Positions 23,501 through 29,263 of a stretch of DNA of 64,000 nt are shown piece after piece. Under the pieces are notes generated by a model, which saw nothing but the letters and a program-made list of their open reading frames with translations, was not told the origin of the DNA and searched no databases. Made by a program: the position numbers and the translations under genes. The first letter of the stretch is position 1. The number at the start of each line of letters is the position of its first letter. The stretch comes from an uncultured archaeon (GTDB lineage: Archaea; Asgardarchaeota; Thorarchaeia; Thorarchaeales; Thorarchaeaceae). The DNA lies in NCBI GenBank assembly GCA_964610875.1, contig CAZSWP010000014.1:16863-80862 (forward strand), given 5' to 3'.

Positions 23501-23698
23501 GAGATAATTGACACAATTCGTCGTGAAGAGGTAGCAACACCCTCAGAAATGATGAGTGAATATGAAATCGGAGAGCTCAGAAAAGAACTTGTCCAGAAGG
23601 GCGTTCCACCGCATGAAATAGATACCATCCTCGAACAGGCTAGAACACTGCCTAGAGAACTTGTAGAAGAGCTTCTCAAGAGCCTCGAAGATGTGTAA
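8552..23698 (+). CDS. Giant (~5,050 aa) cell-surface glycoprotein/adhesin: signal peptide, 2x DUF2341 + LamG-like, many Ig-like repeats, C-terminal TM, acidic cytoplasmic tail
   Basis: Signal peptide MKRLSIIAVLFILAF at ATG 8552. DUF2341-like FPVMINITD..AQSDGDDIAF..AWVKVP..MHYGN occurs twice, as does LamG-like WHHIV/WYHFA..G.LDEVR. About 100-aa TPY/F-containing repeats, dense N-x-S/T sequons, TM ILGTPILLFILILVGLWI followed by basic residues. Confidence 0.9.
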   Translation: MKRLSIIAVLFILAFMLPMTTTLPVVTNNPNQETITEQDDMKSRYAVSDISSGGGMTLPVTMTGTLTNTYDGQMVIDSSDSGETTITTTDGWTGSNLDSSINDLSLTIDNTLENGKLDDYHNEKWLISGYESEDVGVPNSWTLTKDISGGGSTHPHYGTFELNRFAGSGYQNSEGWRFDADWSSGTNIGAGDTIYISQMVSLPYRDIQSATLSFYYNVDSASSMRDDVFVFVRIAGYETEFHVFESGDTTSSWLQTSVSLTSGQLNTISLPDSVLVEIGIATDLSGFQSNSRTYHVYLDEIQLSTDVRPFPEQVGLKANGTLVQGAIEGSIYNYVPDDSNRDAYDDNTNGIDLNGYNNNGQLDVGIWSNDGTWPNAFTFQVGMQFPLTIPQGAAITSAWVEVEAATSSNTPDMRIYIAGEDTSSQPITNFTSGTPHMEDRYNWVDTSIDWDVSGWTSPVTIRQKTPDLSGLIQEIVSSSSWNETYYVCVMLDYMYSSSNQAYNTIKGSSNYAQNELARLFVEYMIPLPEDEVTTFAYEKDITIDQSMVAGPLTDFPVMINITDSDLKSKAQSDGDDIAFSIDGKAVDFEIEYYDPEYSVSEAHLVAWVKVPYLSSSSDTIITMHYGNPDARPMSSTAVWDGYETVHHLNHDPTGVTYDSTANNHDGTSYGSMTSDDLTTGLVDGAVDFDGSDDVISIGQIETDSWNSFTQSIWVYRDTATDCRVFSKSYTTSANQHILSTRIDTNNVLTVRLWTDGTGGSGASYSTGATVSLNQWHHIVWSWDASTGNVIVYVDGNLAYSTTHDGDTIYNADEMFTIGNVYVEAARNTNGTLDEVRLTQSVLTEDWIDTEYNNHLNPSSYISVGSERSVRDTWSDDDQAKLVMSTTSPDPVTLDIMMTMDIEGSGQSLDENMEPGSTYYMTNGSAIVDWVAHVLISPPAEATSMMAEIAYPMTEWNPTKILDPLSIELTYGTDWTFDGGIISISLNTAGIWGVYELQFQSWNYVENALLGHTGLSLAETDTYDIGDSMKVKVTTPWITDARVGMILTDPSGTEWYTAFNTTTGSASHEIPSFKYRKTITVESDYVAADVDNFPFFISILDTDLFDTSKVQSDGDDILFIQNGQILSHEITSFIQNFDGSRARLQAWIAANLSSTVDTPITMYYGNPVVGSQESVGNLWSEPSYEGVWHLEEAATAGQTSAIHYDSTTTDADGNQNGNARNTGRAGYAQQFDGTNDQIVVNASLGPSPPADATISGWFRLDNSFNDLSSTSQLIVSKYYSDYHDMHIALVGQDYGGSNAEYGALGFKVENDPNWLYKYTTITSWAANTWYHFACFIDSDNPSNHKIYIDGVDRTSTTSGGSSSYANISYAGDLQFGGGVADSQVDNRWLDGRMDEMRISSTSRSTGWLRTEYLNLYNLNSFVSVGSENQRTSPEATFTKTITSDYNAGLWTLTTYFNDTGTTVTNATGIYERNFIVQHDSSLSLISPTDAISDKVAVEVAGNQLMLEVELTDDVTSNGITGAEVTINWTVSDVATEVTLDEYDDGRYGKVLDTDDLGHNQRWRINIGSYHPYYNNATDYFDLDLYHETKLTYKHVETTPTGFDFTATLVYWDVYDNVPITGASISFDNGTAITPDAEGSGEYNISLSSSSYNYGDHIFTFNATKSSSYLLVGQSDVIFTLRKHYTAVSVTGDLLTPYGETTELTIILIDLDTGTSVPIGDVASFTFTPDVETSEGETSPISDYIYTMGTDDWSVKTEGVTLSVSLAGSQYYDPDDYSFDITIRKHYTALSINANLTTPYGFTTDISVILIDLDTGGTVAIGNVYNITFDPTGYGSDSETDPIPDYDFTLATSSWSVGTVSVTLIVDMTGSIYNNPDDYVFEIIIRKRMTSMSVSGDFVTPFGESTDVTVTITDLDTGSTVTIGNVYNITFDPTGYTSYSETDPISDYEFTLDTSSWSVGTVSVTLIVDMTGSNYDSPDNYVFSIQIRKHYTSVTVIGNLTTPHGFTTDLTVILTDLDTGSTVTIGNVYNITFDPTGYTSYSETDPISDYEFTLDTSSWSVGTVSVILIVDMAGSDYVNPTNYAFNIIIRKHFTSVSISGDFITPFGENTTVTISLIDTDTGGTVATTDVVSWTFTPDSNPVNSESSPSDYEFELDTDGWVVSTDSITFSVDLSGSIYIDPDDFVFSVTIRKHYTSVTVTGDLTTPYGNDTTVTVVITDLDTATTIGFGAVNYLNFTWTGGYNDTASALMTVLQTNTWNVGSTTVTLDVSMIGSNYFDPTDYDFSVTITPLEITLYHEPTDLIFPQEDDFELVLRVNVSEPGQYHGDIVPDLVQAEFTVRNSTYTYTITLYEIGTSTGRYNLTISWVNNFFEGDYTITIRVNPVDSRYKSDSLVVTFNYRPARSELSSPDRAAVTPFETNYTISLNFTDIDRDSGISGATITIDGVTSYVVYDLGGGLYEVSINVDGMSKGEHLYDVTADADGYEAQTIEFKVIIRIAYTYAIPTTGALDVPVGNSPVFYVDYWDIDHDEAVTGATVTDNWTARVDIAWTGSRYKVTFNVPDNTTLGTYLVMFTFSKGENYQEGQFNISVVVRTHNTDFRLVSAIEPTSFNGQINISVFYGDLDSGGAGIAASNVTHAVWNGTNWVTSSFENDTSLGVGYYLIAIPASQFGGLGLQNFTVYFNWTGSVYKYQNKTLIASVNIIGEDSKLTLLLSSEPTPYLDNMTYTFFYAELYSGDGITNTSSPYGDGNVHISVSFQGLSVDLSQVDIWEIDSTNNPGEYRIRFDTEIFSDIGVIYMNVFINWSKGVEPFYTNRTDTITVRILARDTQLAVVPASATPYAENATFSFTFEDSLLNTEIANASNMMITLSLSYYNLTYNETTLVFTVYFNTSQFGETIGQKSFTLGVEWVGAPFYANKTGRILYVTVTTRDTVVDFQAPAPTPYLNNVTFTVTWTDVTGASTSGIELASLILYDGVTAIDTIYYNVTEIGNGEYSIEFNTTYYTTPGTYSLKLEISSTKVYYATKTTTRDLIVQFRNSILTTDPIADVAYNSSIIIQAYFQDSLTGANIVNNSDIVFTIETGSNWIFTCEWQPSLEYYLITIETYNQAGLEIGVDYNLRLRMTYAYQSPFYDYDDVIVTYEIRYRDSTLDRVQSPVQTPYLDTITFSVLYTDADGNSGITGATIYISEGGTLLTSGVDYTFSDDLDGYYTINVDTTALDGLGSTNVRIYANWTGTPYHDNASLSINLVVTRRVTDIVVVSTPSRTSYNENVTFVVTFNDLGTGSTLSVTKNLLTLYIGTSSLFSSDWSFTEISTDTYEVQVLSTKLTTVLASGLNVTLHVDWPDSPNYYQDDSTSVSVTIIARTTAVTIERPASTAYGENATLELTFIDTTETPEEVIDSPLVDRSTNLTETPTWTYSAGTGIWTLSFDTAQFGEIGEMVFHINVTWVGSPFYANKTLRIVYVVIIERQTQVEFDSPTPTPYGDNVNFTIEYIDIAGATDTGIDDATLTLYYLGSPINSLYYDYTKQGNGVFEVEFNSSFFANPDSYDLNVSLVYDGLGYKADGYAIRSLRVLYRSTLASAEPAGSIGYATIFTIEVSFIDSLTLAVVGNGSGYVTFTITNNTETWEFNITWNGADETYTLSVDTDGHPGLELNKPYRLYFEMSYDNVVPFYRSDDSYISFTIRQRTSILDITEPPTPTSYLEFAEVTIYYLDTDENQGISGSSIVVSTTVPLTLNVDYFVTPGDPGYYLIQLNTSVWGALGSFTVTITITGDWSDAIAPYHADASRNTTIRVIRRTTNVEILSPPSNTMYLDNLTLTFEYVDTTNFDSPMPISITSDDIVIYADGAPLGPTDFVLTPFGSAFILNINSTVFGEFLVTNLNLTIVVDWDDGTSPFYEDDQTYIRVSTTKRNLAITLGQIETTPYGDNMTIEFTVEDSNRLSGVGDLIILFECTNLTLIEGFNFWITEGTGVNEGLYTINVDTGQFLGDVGNYQYTLRVQWNQSQVPFYRNLTAITLTGSVDLIWTNLQNDLPDPSPVQYTGNVSILVYFTDLDHEQVGIDVANTTFTVVYVSSGIAPEQLRINPLGNGVYNISFSTENLPGVGSVRLNITVDSFPYEPISITPSLTISAIQTTLEPLEATIQLSWTELADITFYYLDNLHDNLTVGAELKYNWIGGDGVLVETSPGVYEISIDTALADAGTRVITFNATKDNFQFAIATITLVVATLPSDIDAIVPSSLVEDINRGSPVVVTLYLNDTFNNAAIDDEYVNEVKISFITGTFYLSYTGTAGIYNGSIPGDSTILSPGFYSVIITCTYRNYNPASYQFKINLKETPTVLSSSRYGNATALETVFSTQFNLTLALEAPTIDYIITDGIVNWTIPQLKISGDFINLGNGSYVATFNTTGMFFGVWAVTVRAYPDNKTLAETVRGFTLTINQITTITIREVIPDRYWGWVGNVSVQYYDISFERGIGGANVTYTWEGGSDLSYDLGNGTYLIPIYSNSVLPDSYNIKITFTKENHQVGTATISIIIRPVPTELIATAPSMNYIPDSTTSLELPINETVTITLYYNDTDNSDGYIGGLEGANFGSSVISSDLGTAFVIPLSIEVSEIGDGYYEFSFDTNLVRFNVKIGYSYTITFIVNLANRTRSVALMKVKVIEMPTVIEIIQQDINIMYGEIGEIWLNYTNGWPAYEGQPIRNANLSLDYASQFLTFSNPEERSPGIYVIQYTAGSSFVPSDYAIPIEVQLNITNHEIKTLSFIIIVAPTPEAQTLYNSTILGTPILLFILILVGLWIKVWSVPKKLRQINGQIKQLRKGKIPKPIDDAKPREALVAELFNDTYEDYRVGDKVITRKPDQMPSEAVAVEVPEMGELLIQLSILTNLSPEELDEFKADISKMKISEQAAFVKEVIMQEAIRAARRENKTVEDIIEDIEHQARVQLSGEDIERVDRTKAPTEEEPILLLDDEVTEEVTPIDEEEEISESAREIIDTIRREEVATPSEMMSEYEIGELRKELVQKGVPPHEIDTILEQARTLPRELVEELLKSLEDV
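13590..15420 (+). repeat. Six tandem ~102-aa (306-bp) Ig-like repeats inside the giant surface protein
   Basis: Recurring RKHYT.V.V.G.L.TP.G..T..TV...DLDTG. 14285-14438 is identical to 14591-14744 (154 bp, period 306). Confidence 0.9.
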
Positions 23699-23704
23699 AT
23701 CCAT

Positions 23705-23731
23705 TGCCTGTCAATCTTCTTTTGGCAGGCA
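23705..23731. terminator. Hairpin between convergent genes
   Basis: TGCCTGTCAA / TTGGCAGGCA 10-bp stem (one G-U) just after the giant-gene stop codon. Confidence 0.55.
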
Positions 23732-23732
23732 C

Positions 23733-24509
23733 CTACTCATCTGAGCTCTCATCATCACGGTTGAGAAAATAGGATAGAGGCAATGTACTTCCAAAATCGG
23801 TCGGTTTCGAACGCGTGCTACGTCTTACTGGATATTGTGGATGTTTTGCCAATGTGTACTTGGAATAAGATTTGGACTCCTCAACGTAGACATGAATCTG
23901 CGAATAACTGGCAATTGCTTTCCCACCTGCTGGAGAATACTGACTTCTCTCTGAACTTGGTGCAGAAACAACTGTGAATAAATTTCTCTTGAGCGATTCG
24001 GTCATGATTCTGGTTATCATGTGTGTGAGTTGTTGCAGCCCTTCACCAGTCAGTCCCTCTTTGATGTACAAGTCTGGAAGACCTGTGACCATTAGCACTT
24101 TTGCGTGTACTCGTGAGAGGAAGTCATCAAGCTGGTTCATTATCAAGTCATATGTCTGTGAAGAGTTGAATGCGCGTGTGATATATATGCGGTCCATGAC
24201 CTCTTCTGGTTCCAGCCCAAATTCGAAGGCATAGTCTGTGATATTTTCGAACTTCACTACGTTCGCACTATCAATGATTATTGTTGAACAGTCGAGTCCA
24301 CCCTTTTCTTCGGGCAGCTGAGCATGGACTGCAATTTTCAGAAGGTCATTGTGTAAACTTCGGACTCCGTAGAATAGGTGAGTCAATCCAGCTTCAAGCC
24401 CTCCGGATAGCAATATGTCTAATGCGTCAATCCCAGTACCCAGTATTCTACGCGTCACCTGATCTGCAGTCTGGAACCCTGAATAGACTTCCGCATTATT
24501 ATCCTTCAT
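23733..24509 (-). CDS. RadA/Rad51 paralog, core domain only, degenerate Walker A
   Basis: TGIDALDILLSGGLEAG, AQLPEEKGGL, IIIDS, FGLEPEEVMDRIYITRAFN, PAGGKAI. The P-loop reads YGVRSLHND instead of GxxxxGKT. Confidence 0.85.
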   Translation of the reverse strand: MKDNNAEVYSGFQTADQVTRRILGTGIDALDILLSGGLEAGLTHLFYGVRSLHNDLLKIAVHAQLPEEKGGLDCSTIIIDSANVVKFENITDYAFEFGLEPEEVMDRIYITRAFNSSQTYDLIMNQLDDFLSRVHAKVLMVTGLPDLYIKEGLTGEGLQQLTHMITRIMTESLKRNLFTVVSAPSSERSQYSPAGGKAIASYSQIHVYVEESKSYSKYTLAKHPQYPVRRSTRSKPTDFGSTLPLSYFLNRDDESSDE

Positions 24510-24631
24510 CTCAGGTATTGGTTACAGCTGAACATTAATAACGACCCCTAAGTTTGGCGCCGCCTTATGCCGCTGGCGACTTGCTTAAAAGCTGAGGTAA
24601 CATACTAACTAGTAGTCGGGAGGACAGAAAC

Positions 24632-24850
24632 TTGGTTGGTCAAAAAATACGAGTGTGCCCTCGTTGCGGAAGTGCTAGAATCAAAGAAACTGCTAGCTCT
24701 GTAGGTGGTTGGTTGATTCCTACGACGTATTACTGTGAGTCTGAGGGTTGTGGGTACTCGGGCCCAATATATGTCGAAGTTGACGCTGAACAACTCGAAG
24801 ATTTTCAACGTGCAATAAAAGAAGAAACGGAACTTGAGTCAGTATATTAA
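24632..24850 (+). CDS. Small zinc-ribbon protein
   Basis: CPRCGS...YYCESEGCGYSGP; SD GGAGG before a TTG start. Confidence 0.75.
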   Translation: MVGQKIRVCPRCGSARIKETASSVGGWLIPTTYYCESEGCGYSGPIYVEVDAEQLEDFQRAIKEETELESVY

Positions 24851-24908
24851 CATTTACTCCGAAATTCACTTAAGGGGTATCTATTTCCCTAGATTAAGGT
24901 GAATAAAC

Positions 24909-25349
24909 GTGGTCAAGGTAGATGAATTCGAATTTCCTGATGACTTGAGATATTTCTCAACAGAAACTGATTCACTGTGGCTGAAACAAGAGGATGGAAA
25001 GGTGCGTCTAGGCATTACTCCCCTCGGTGCTTATGCTGCAGGTAAAATCAAGTTCATCCGGCTACGCCCTCCTGGAAAAGAAGTAAAGAGTGGTCGAAGT
25101 ATTGGCACACTCGAATCCGGCAAATGGACTGGAGCTGTTAAAGCTCCTCTTACAGGAACGATAGTTGAAGTCAATGATGATTTGAAAGATAATCCCTCTC
25201 TTCTAAATGATGATCCTTATGAAAAAGGATGGATTACAGTCCTTGAACCATCTGACATGTCCGAATTTGAAGCACTACAAGGTGCTGATGGGCTAGAAGA
25301 ATGGGCCAAGAACGAAGTTGCTGCGAAGAAAGCGCTGAAAGGAGATTAG
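24909..25349 (+). CDS. gcvH: Glycine cleavage system H-like lipoyl carrier protein
   Basis: FPDDLRY, VRLGIT, lipoyl-Lys motif LESGKW, APLTGTIVEVN, PSLLNDDPYEKGWI. Confidence 0.9.
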   Translation: MVKVDEFEFPDDLRYFSTETDSLWLKQEDGKVRLGITPLGAYAAGKIKFIRLRPPGKEVKSGRSIGTLESGKWTGAVKAPLTGTIVEVNDDLKDNPSLLNDDPYEKGWITVLEPSDMSEFEALQGADGLEEWAKNEVAAKKALKGD

Positions 25350-25358
25350 ACATAAAAT

Positions 25359-25410
25359 ATGTGGGACCGGGACATACCGGTCTCGCACATTTTCATTTCT
25401 TTATTTTTTC
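25359..25410 (+). terminator. Hairpin plus U-rich tract after gcvH
   Basis: ATGTG-GGACCGG / CCGGTCT-(CG)-CACAT stem followed by TTTTCATTTCTTTATTTTTT. Confidence 0.6.
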
Positions 25411-25416
25411 ATAAAC

Positions 25417-26553
25417 CTATTTTCTACGAATCAGTTCTCTTCTGAGATGCACTGCTGCATCATACAATATCTCTGGTGGGACAAGTATGTACAACAGGTT
25501 CCTTGAGTAACCTGATTCAAAAATCACACTTTGAAAAATCAGAGTCTGTAGACTCTTCTCTATGTCACTTAGGGAGTATTTTATGCCCATCTCTTCACAT
25601 TTGATCTGCACAATTTCATTCAATGTTTTTCTATCAACATAGGTTTCGCTCTTGTAACGCATTAGATGCTCAGCTAACGCCTCTAATACAACTAGGGTCA
25701 TAAAATCGTTCAGGCTGATTGCTTCAATCGTATCCATGTAGTCATCATCATTAATGAATGTGGTAATATTGCTGGTTGCATTTCTAACAATATCTGAATC
25801 AATTTGTTGTCCACTTGATGCGAGTGGCCATAACGCTTTGAGTGCCTCGATTGATGTCTTTGGTTTTGAAGCATCAAATTCACATACTATGTCTGTGATA
25901 TATCTAACAATCTCATCTGTGAGCCCTAATGGAAAGGTGTCCTCAACTCGCATCCTCACAATGTCATAGAGTTGTGACTGAGTGTAGGTATCGAGTGGAA
26001 TTTCAAAATCATATGCCATGGAAGTTGCAGGACCCTTCGTGAGAAGTCTATAATCATGACTGTTCAGCACACCGATTGTACTTGCCTTTATCTCCTTGGA
26101 TAACCTCGCGAGCTTTCCGTAAATCTCCTCATTCCGTTCATCAATATTATCGATAACAAAGACCCCTCTTTGAGGTGCTGCTGCAGCGGTTCGTCGGAAC
26201 TGCATCCATAGTACATCTAGGTCAAAAGCAATGGTGATCGGTGTGTTTGTTTGTTGGTGAATCTTATCATTTAGTTCTGACACAATTTCTAGAATATCCT
26301 TATTCTTTGCATCCACGTAGACCGTGTAGGGACTAAATTTCTCAGGAATCAGCTTGGTTAGAAAATAGCGGGAAAAAACCGTCATTCCTACTCCAGTTAT
26401 GCCATGAATAAGGCAGTTCACACCATAATCATCTTCGTAAGAGTCTCCGTATATGCCTCCAATGGTTTCTAGTTCTCGGTCCCGATAGAGTAGTTGTTTC
26501 GGAACGTAATATGGATCAAAAAGCCCTTTTGGACTTGTATCAACCTTTCTCAT
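25417..26553 (-). CDS. Cdc6/Orc1-family protein, divergent, Walker A lysine replaced
   Basis: FDPYYVPKQLLYRDRELE N-terminal motif, HGITGVGMT P-loop, VFVIDNID Walker B, YTQSQLYDIVRMRV, C-terminal winged helix. Likely start is ATG 26553, about 30 bp below CTTATAAG. Confidence 0.85.
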   Translation of the reverse strand: MRKVDTSPKGLFDPYYVPKQLLYRDRELETIGGIYGDSYEDDYGVNCLIHGITGVGMTVFSRYFLTKLIPEKFSPYTVYVDAKNKDILEIVSELNDKIHQQTNTPITIAFDLDVLWMQFRRTAAAAPQRGVFVIDNIDERNEEIYGKLARLSKEIKASTIGVLNSHDYRLLTKGPATSMAYDFEIPLDTYTQSQLYDIVRMRVEDTFPLGLTDEIVRYITDIVCEFDASKPKTSIEALKALWPLASSGQQIDSDIVRNATSNITTFINDDDYMDTIEAISLNDFMTLVVLEALAEHLMRYKSETYVDRKTLNEIVQIKCEEMGIKYSLSDIEKSLQTLIFQSVIFESGYSRNLLYILVPPEILYDAAVHLRRELIRRK

Positions 26554-26567
26554 GCACATCATAACTT

Positions 26568-26623
26568 GGTCATGATGTGTACTTATAAGCACCACAGGGA
26601 CATGACCGAAAGTAATCGGTCAT
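26568..26623. promoter_or_regulatory. ATGACC/GGTCAT inverted-repeat sites flanking the TATA box of the cdc6-like gene
   Basis: ATGACCGA-N6-TCGGTCAT (26602-26623) plus an extra half-site GGTCATG (26568-26574); TATA-like CTTATAAG at 26582-26589. Confidence 0.5.
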
Positions 26624-26625
26624 CT

Positions 26626-27963
26626 TCATACCATTGAAGCAAGGACATCATTACAATCAGGGTCCAAAATGAAGCCGTTAAAACCATCACCAATGATCTC
26701 TCGTAGTTTCTTGATTCTTGTCAATTTAATCGTATCACTGAATATCCACTTATGTTCTGGTTTTGGTGTGACTCCAAAATGTTCACACAAATCAACAATA
26801 TCCAAAACGGCTTGGTAAAGGTCCTGTCCAGATTTTCCTTCAGGTCTAATTTCACGTGAATGTAATACTATTCCATACGCTGGGGTGTTATTTCCCAGAT
26901 ACCACTTGCTCGGTCCATGCCCGTATTTGGAAAAGGATTCAAGATTATGACTCTTGAGTAGTTTGTTTATTTCGTCAATTATATCCTGCATTTTCAACAA
27001 GCTCTCGGAATGAAATCCATATCCTTCAAAGAGAGCCATTTGATTACCTTTGATTGGATTTCTCTTGGGTAGTTTTATTCTGATATGCCTCATTCGATCT
27101 AATTCTTCTTTAGATAGTTCCCTCACTTCAGCAAACTCTTCAATTTCGCATTTCTCTACTTCCGGACATTCAATAATATGTACTGGCGGATTCAAATCCC
27201 CTCGGATATCCTCATGAACCGCTGCAATTACTTCACCGTACCGGACTGGCAGGGTTCTTTTTTTCATCTCATTCAATGCGAAGCCAGTTTCATTATTATC
27301 AGAGTATTCAATCTTTAGACCAAAAATATCTTCATCAATGATTGGCTTGATTGTTAGCCTCAGTTCAGTGATGAAGCCAAGTGTCCCGTGTGAACTAGCA
27401 ATATCATGAATAGTCATATTTTGTCTGTTCAATTCTTCTTCGAGCGTTTTGTCCGAACTAGTAACTCCCTCCCAGTCAATTACATGCTTATTTCCAAGAT
27501 AGTCTACTATTTTTACTTGTTGAGTGTTATCTCGCATTGTACCATTGACCCAAGTGTCATTTCCTCCGCCATCTGTTGATAGAATTCCCCCCACAGTGGC
27601 TATATCTCTGCTACTTGGTGCTACATAGAGTCGCATCCCCATCGGACGTAAGTGATTATTAATTTGGTCTGGTGTCACGCCTGGCTGAACATCAATGAAT
27701 CCCTGTTCCTTTGATACTGAGATGATCCTCTTCATTTTCAAACTACTCAGCATTATCCGTTCCCTATCGCCTCCAGTACAAGCTCCACTAAGTCCGGTAC
27801 CTGCCCCTTTTGGTGTTACATCAAAATTCTTCTCTCTTGCATTTCGAATTGCCATGATGACATCTTGTTCATCCCTTGGATAGAAAACGCCCTTTATTCT
27901 GTTGAAATTCAATCTATAGTAGATAGAAGCATTCGCACCAATTGCTATATCCCTTAATTTCAC
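26626..27963 (-). CDS. FAD-binding oxidoreductase (GlcD/D-lactate dehydrogenase-like)
   Basis: PKGAGTGLSG, VQPGVT, PSSRDIATVGG, SHGTLGFITE (FAD_binding_4). C-terminal metal-site motifs are divergent. Confidence 0.85.
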   Translation of the reverse strand: MKLRDIAIGANASIYYRLNFNRIKGVFYPRDEQDVIMAIRNAREKNFDVTPKGAGTGLSGACTGGDRERIMLSSLKMKRIISVSKEQGFIDVQPGVTPDQINNHLRPMGMRLYVAPSSRDIATVGGILSTDGGGNDTWVNGTMRDNTQQVKIVDYLGNKHVIDWEGVTSSDKTLEEELNRQNMTIHDIASSHGTLGFITELRLTIKPIIDEDIFGLKIEYSDNNETGFALNEMKKRTLPVRYGEVIAAVHEDIRGDLNPPVHIIECPEVEKCEIEEFAEVRELSKEELDRMRHIRIKLPKRNPIKGNQMALFEGYGFHSESLLKMQDIIDEINKLLKSHNLESFSKYGHGPSKWYLGNNTPAYGIVLHSREIRPEGKSGQDLYQAVLDIVDLCEHFGVTPKPEHKWIFSDTIKLTRIKKLREIIGDGFNGFILDPDCNDVLASMV

Positions 27964-29073
27964 CTAATCATTCGCCCCATTTTGTAGTGCTTTCCACAAA
28001 ACTTCTATGATATCAAGAGTGTCCAGTTCGTTACTAAAAAGTTGTTCGCGGCAGGATGGACAACATGTAATCACAGTAGAATCCTTGAGATCTTCACTTG
28101 CAGCTCTCATTTCGATGATGATGCTACTGAGATTAGGGTCTGTCATTCGTAACAAACCTCCACCACCACAGCAGCTTGGCTCAATATCACGATATTGTAT
28201 TCCTAGTTTCCTAAGAAGAGATCGTGGTTCTCTCTTGATTTCTAAAATGCGATGTAGTTCGCAGGGGTCATGATATGTAAGATTCTCATTCGTTTCATAC
28301 TCTGGTAGTTCATCAAATAATTCATCAAAGAATTCTGAATGATGAAGAGTTTTGACCCCCTCTAGATTGTGATATTCTCTCAATTGAATTAAGCAACCTG
28401 GACAACAGGTAACAACACGAGAAGCTTCCGCATCCTCGATAACTGATTTGTTGTGTTTTCGAAGATCTTCTGCTCTTTCATCTTGACCCATTAGGTGCAA
28501 TGGGTGTCCACAACAGAACTCCTCAGCACCCATAACCAAGTATTCCACTTTTTTCTTTTCCAATGTCTTGAATAATGCACGAAGCACATCTATCTGTGTA
28601 CCACGAAATGACATTACACATCCAAGAAAAATCATCACATCAGCTCTCTTACCCGGTTGATAGACTCTCTCTGATATTTCTGGAATATCATCTTCCAATT
28701 CATCAAGCCAATAGATAGCTCTGTCTTCAGGATCAAGACCGTAGATGTTTTGCACATTGGCTAGAGCCTCTCTAAGGGAATCAAGATATTCAAACTCCTG
28801 AGGAGCCATTTCCAAAGCTTTTGCTCTTTGTTCATGCCATATACGAAGAAGATCCACATCTGAGGAACATATCTCTTTGCAGCGTCCGCACATTGTACAT
28901 GTAAATAATAATCTTCTAAATTCACTTGCTAGTTCAGGGTCATCATCGATCAAATCCATTACTTGAAGCAAGTATGTCTTACCTCTGGGTGAGAATTGTT
29001 CCTCTCCTATTGCGTCAAATATGGGGCATATAGCGAGACAGGAACCACATCTTACGCATTTATCATATGACAT
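27964..29073 (-). CDS. Fe-S oxidoreductase (GlcF/HdrD-like; 2x[4Fe-4S] plus two CCG domains)
   Basis: CVRCGSCLAICP, CTMCGRCKEIC, FLGC, EFCCG, TCCPGC, YHDPC, CCGGGG. True start is most likely MSYDKC at 29073. Confidence 0.9.
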   Translation of the reverse strand: MSYDKCVRCGSCLAICPIFDAIGEEQFSPRGKTYLLQVMDLIDDDPELASEFRRLLFTCTMCGRCKEICSSDVDLLRIWHEQRAKALEMAPQEFEYLDSLREALANVQNIYGLDPEDRAIYWLDELEDDIPEISERVYQPGKRADVMIFLGCVMSFRGTQIDVLRALFKTLEKKKVEYLVMGAEEFCCGHPLHLMGQDERAEDLRKHNKSVIEDAEASRVVTCCPGCLIQLREYHNLEGVKTLHHSEFFDELFDELPEYETNENLTYHDPCELHRILEIKREPRSLLRKLGIQYRDIEPSCCGGGGLLRMTDPNLSSIIIEMRAASEDLKDSTVITCCPSCREQLFSNELDTLDIIEVLWKALQNGAND

Positions 29074-29263
29074 TGAATTGACTCCATCTGAATATAGTAT
29101 AAGGTTACGATTTGAAACATAAAAGATATGTTGTTCGGATGTATTTCTAAATGTGTACCTTCTCATTGCCCTTTGGTAAACTTTCAATACTGCTCTTTTC
29201 GGTGTGTATTTAAGCTCACAAGAATTGCATGATGATGTCCTCGTATGCAATGAGGTTAGTGCC

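Noticed and set aside
26554-26625. Replication origin next to the cdc6-like gene
   Set aside because: The gap is only about 70 bp, with no G-string ORB consensus and no AT-rich unwinding element.
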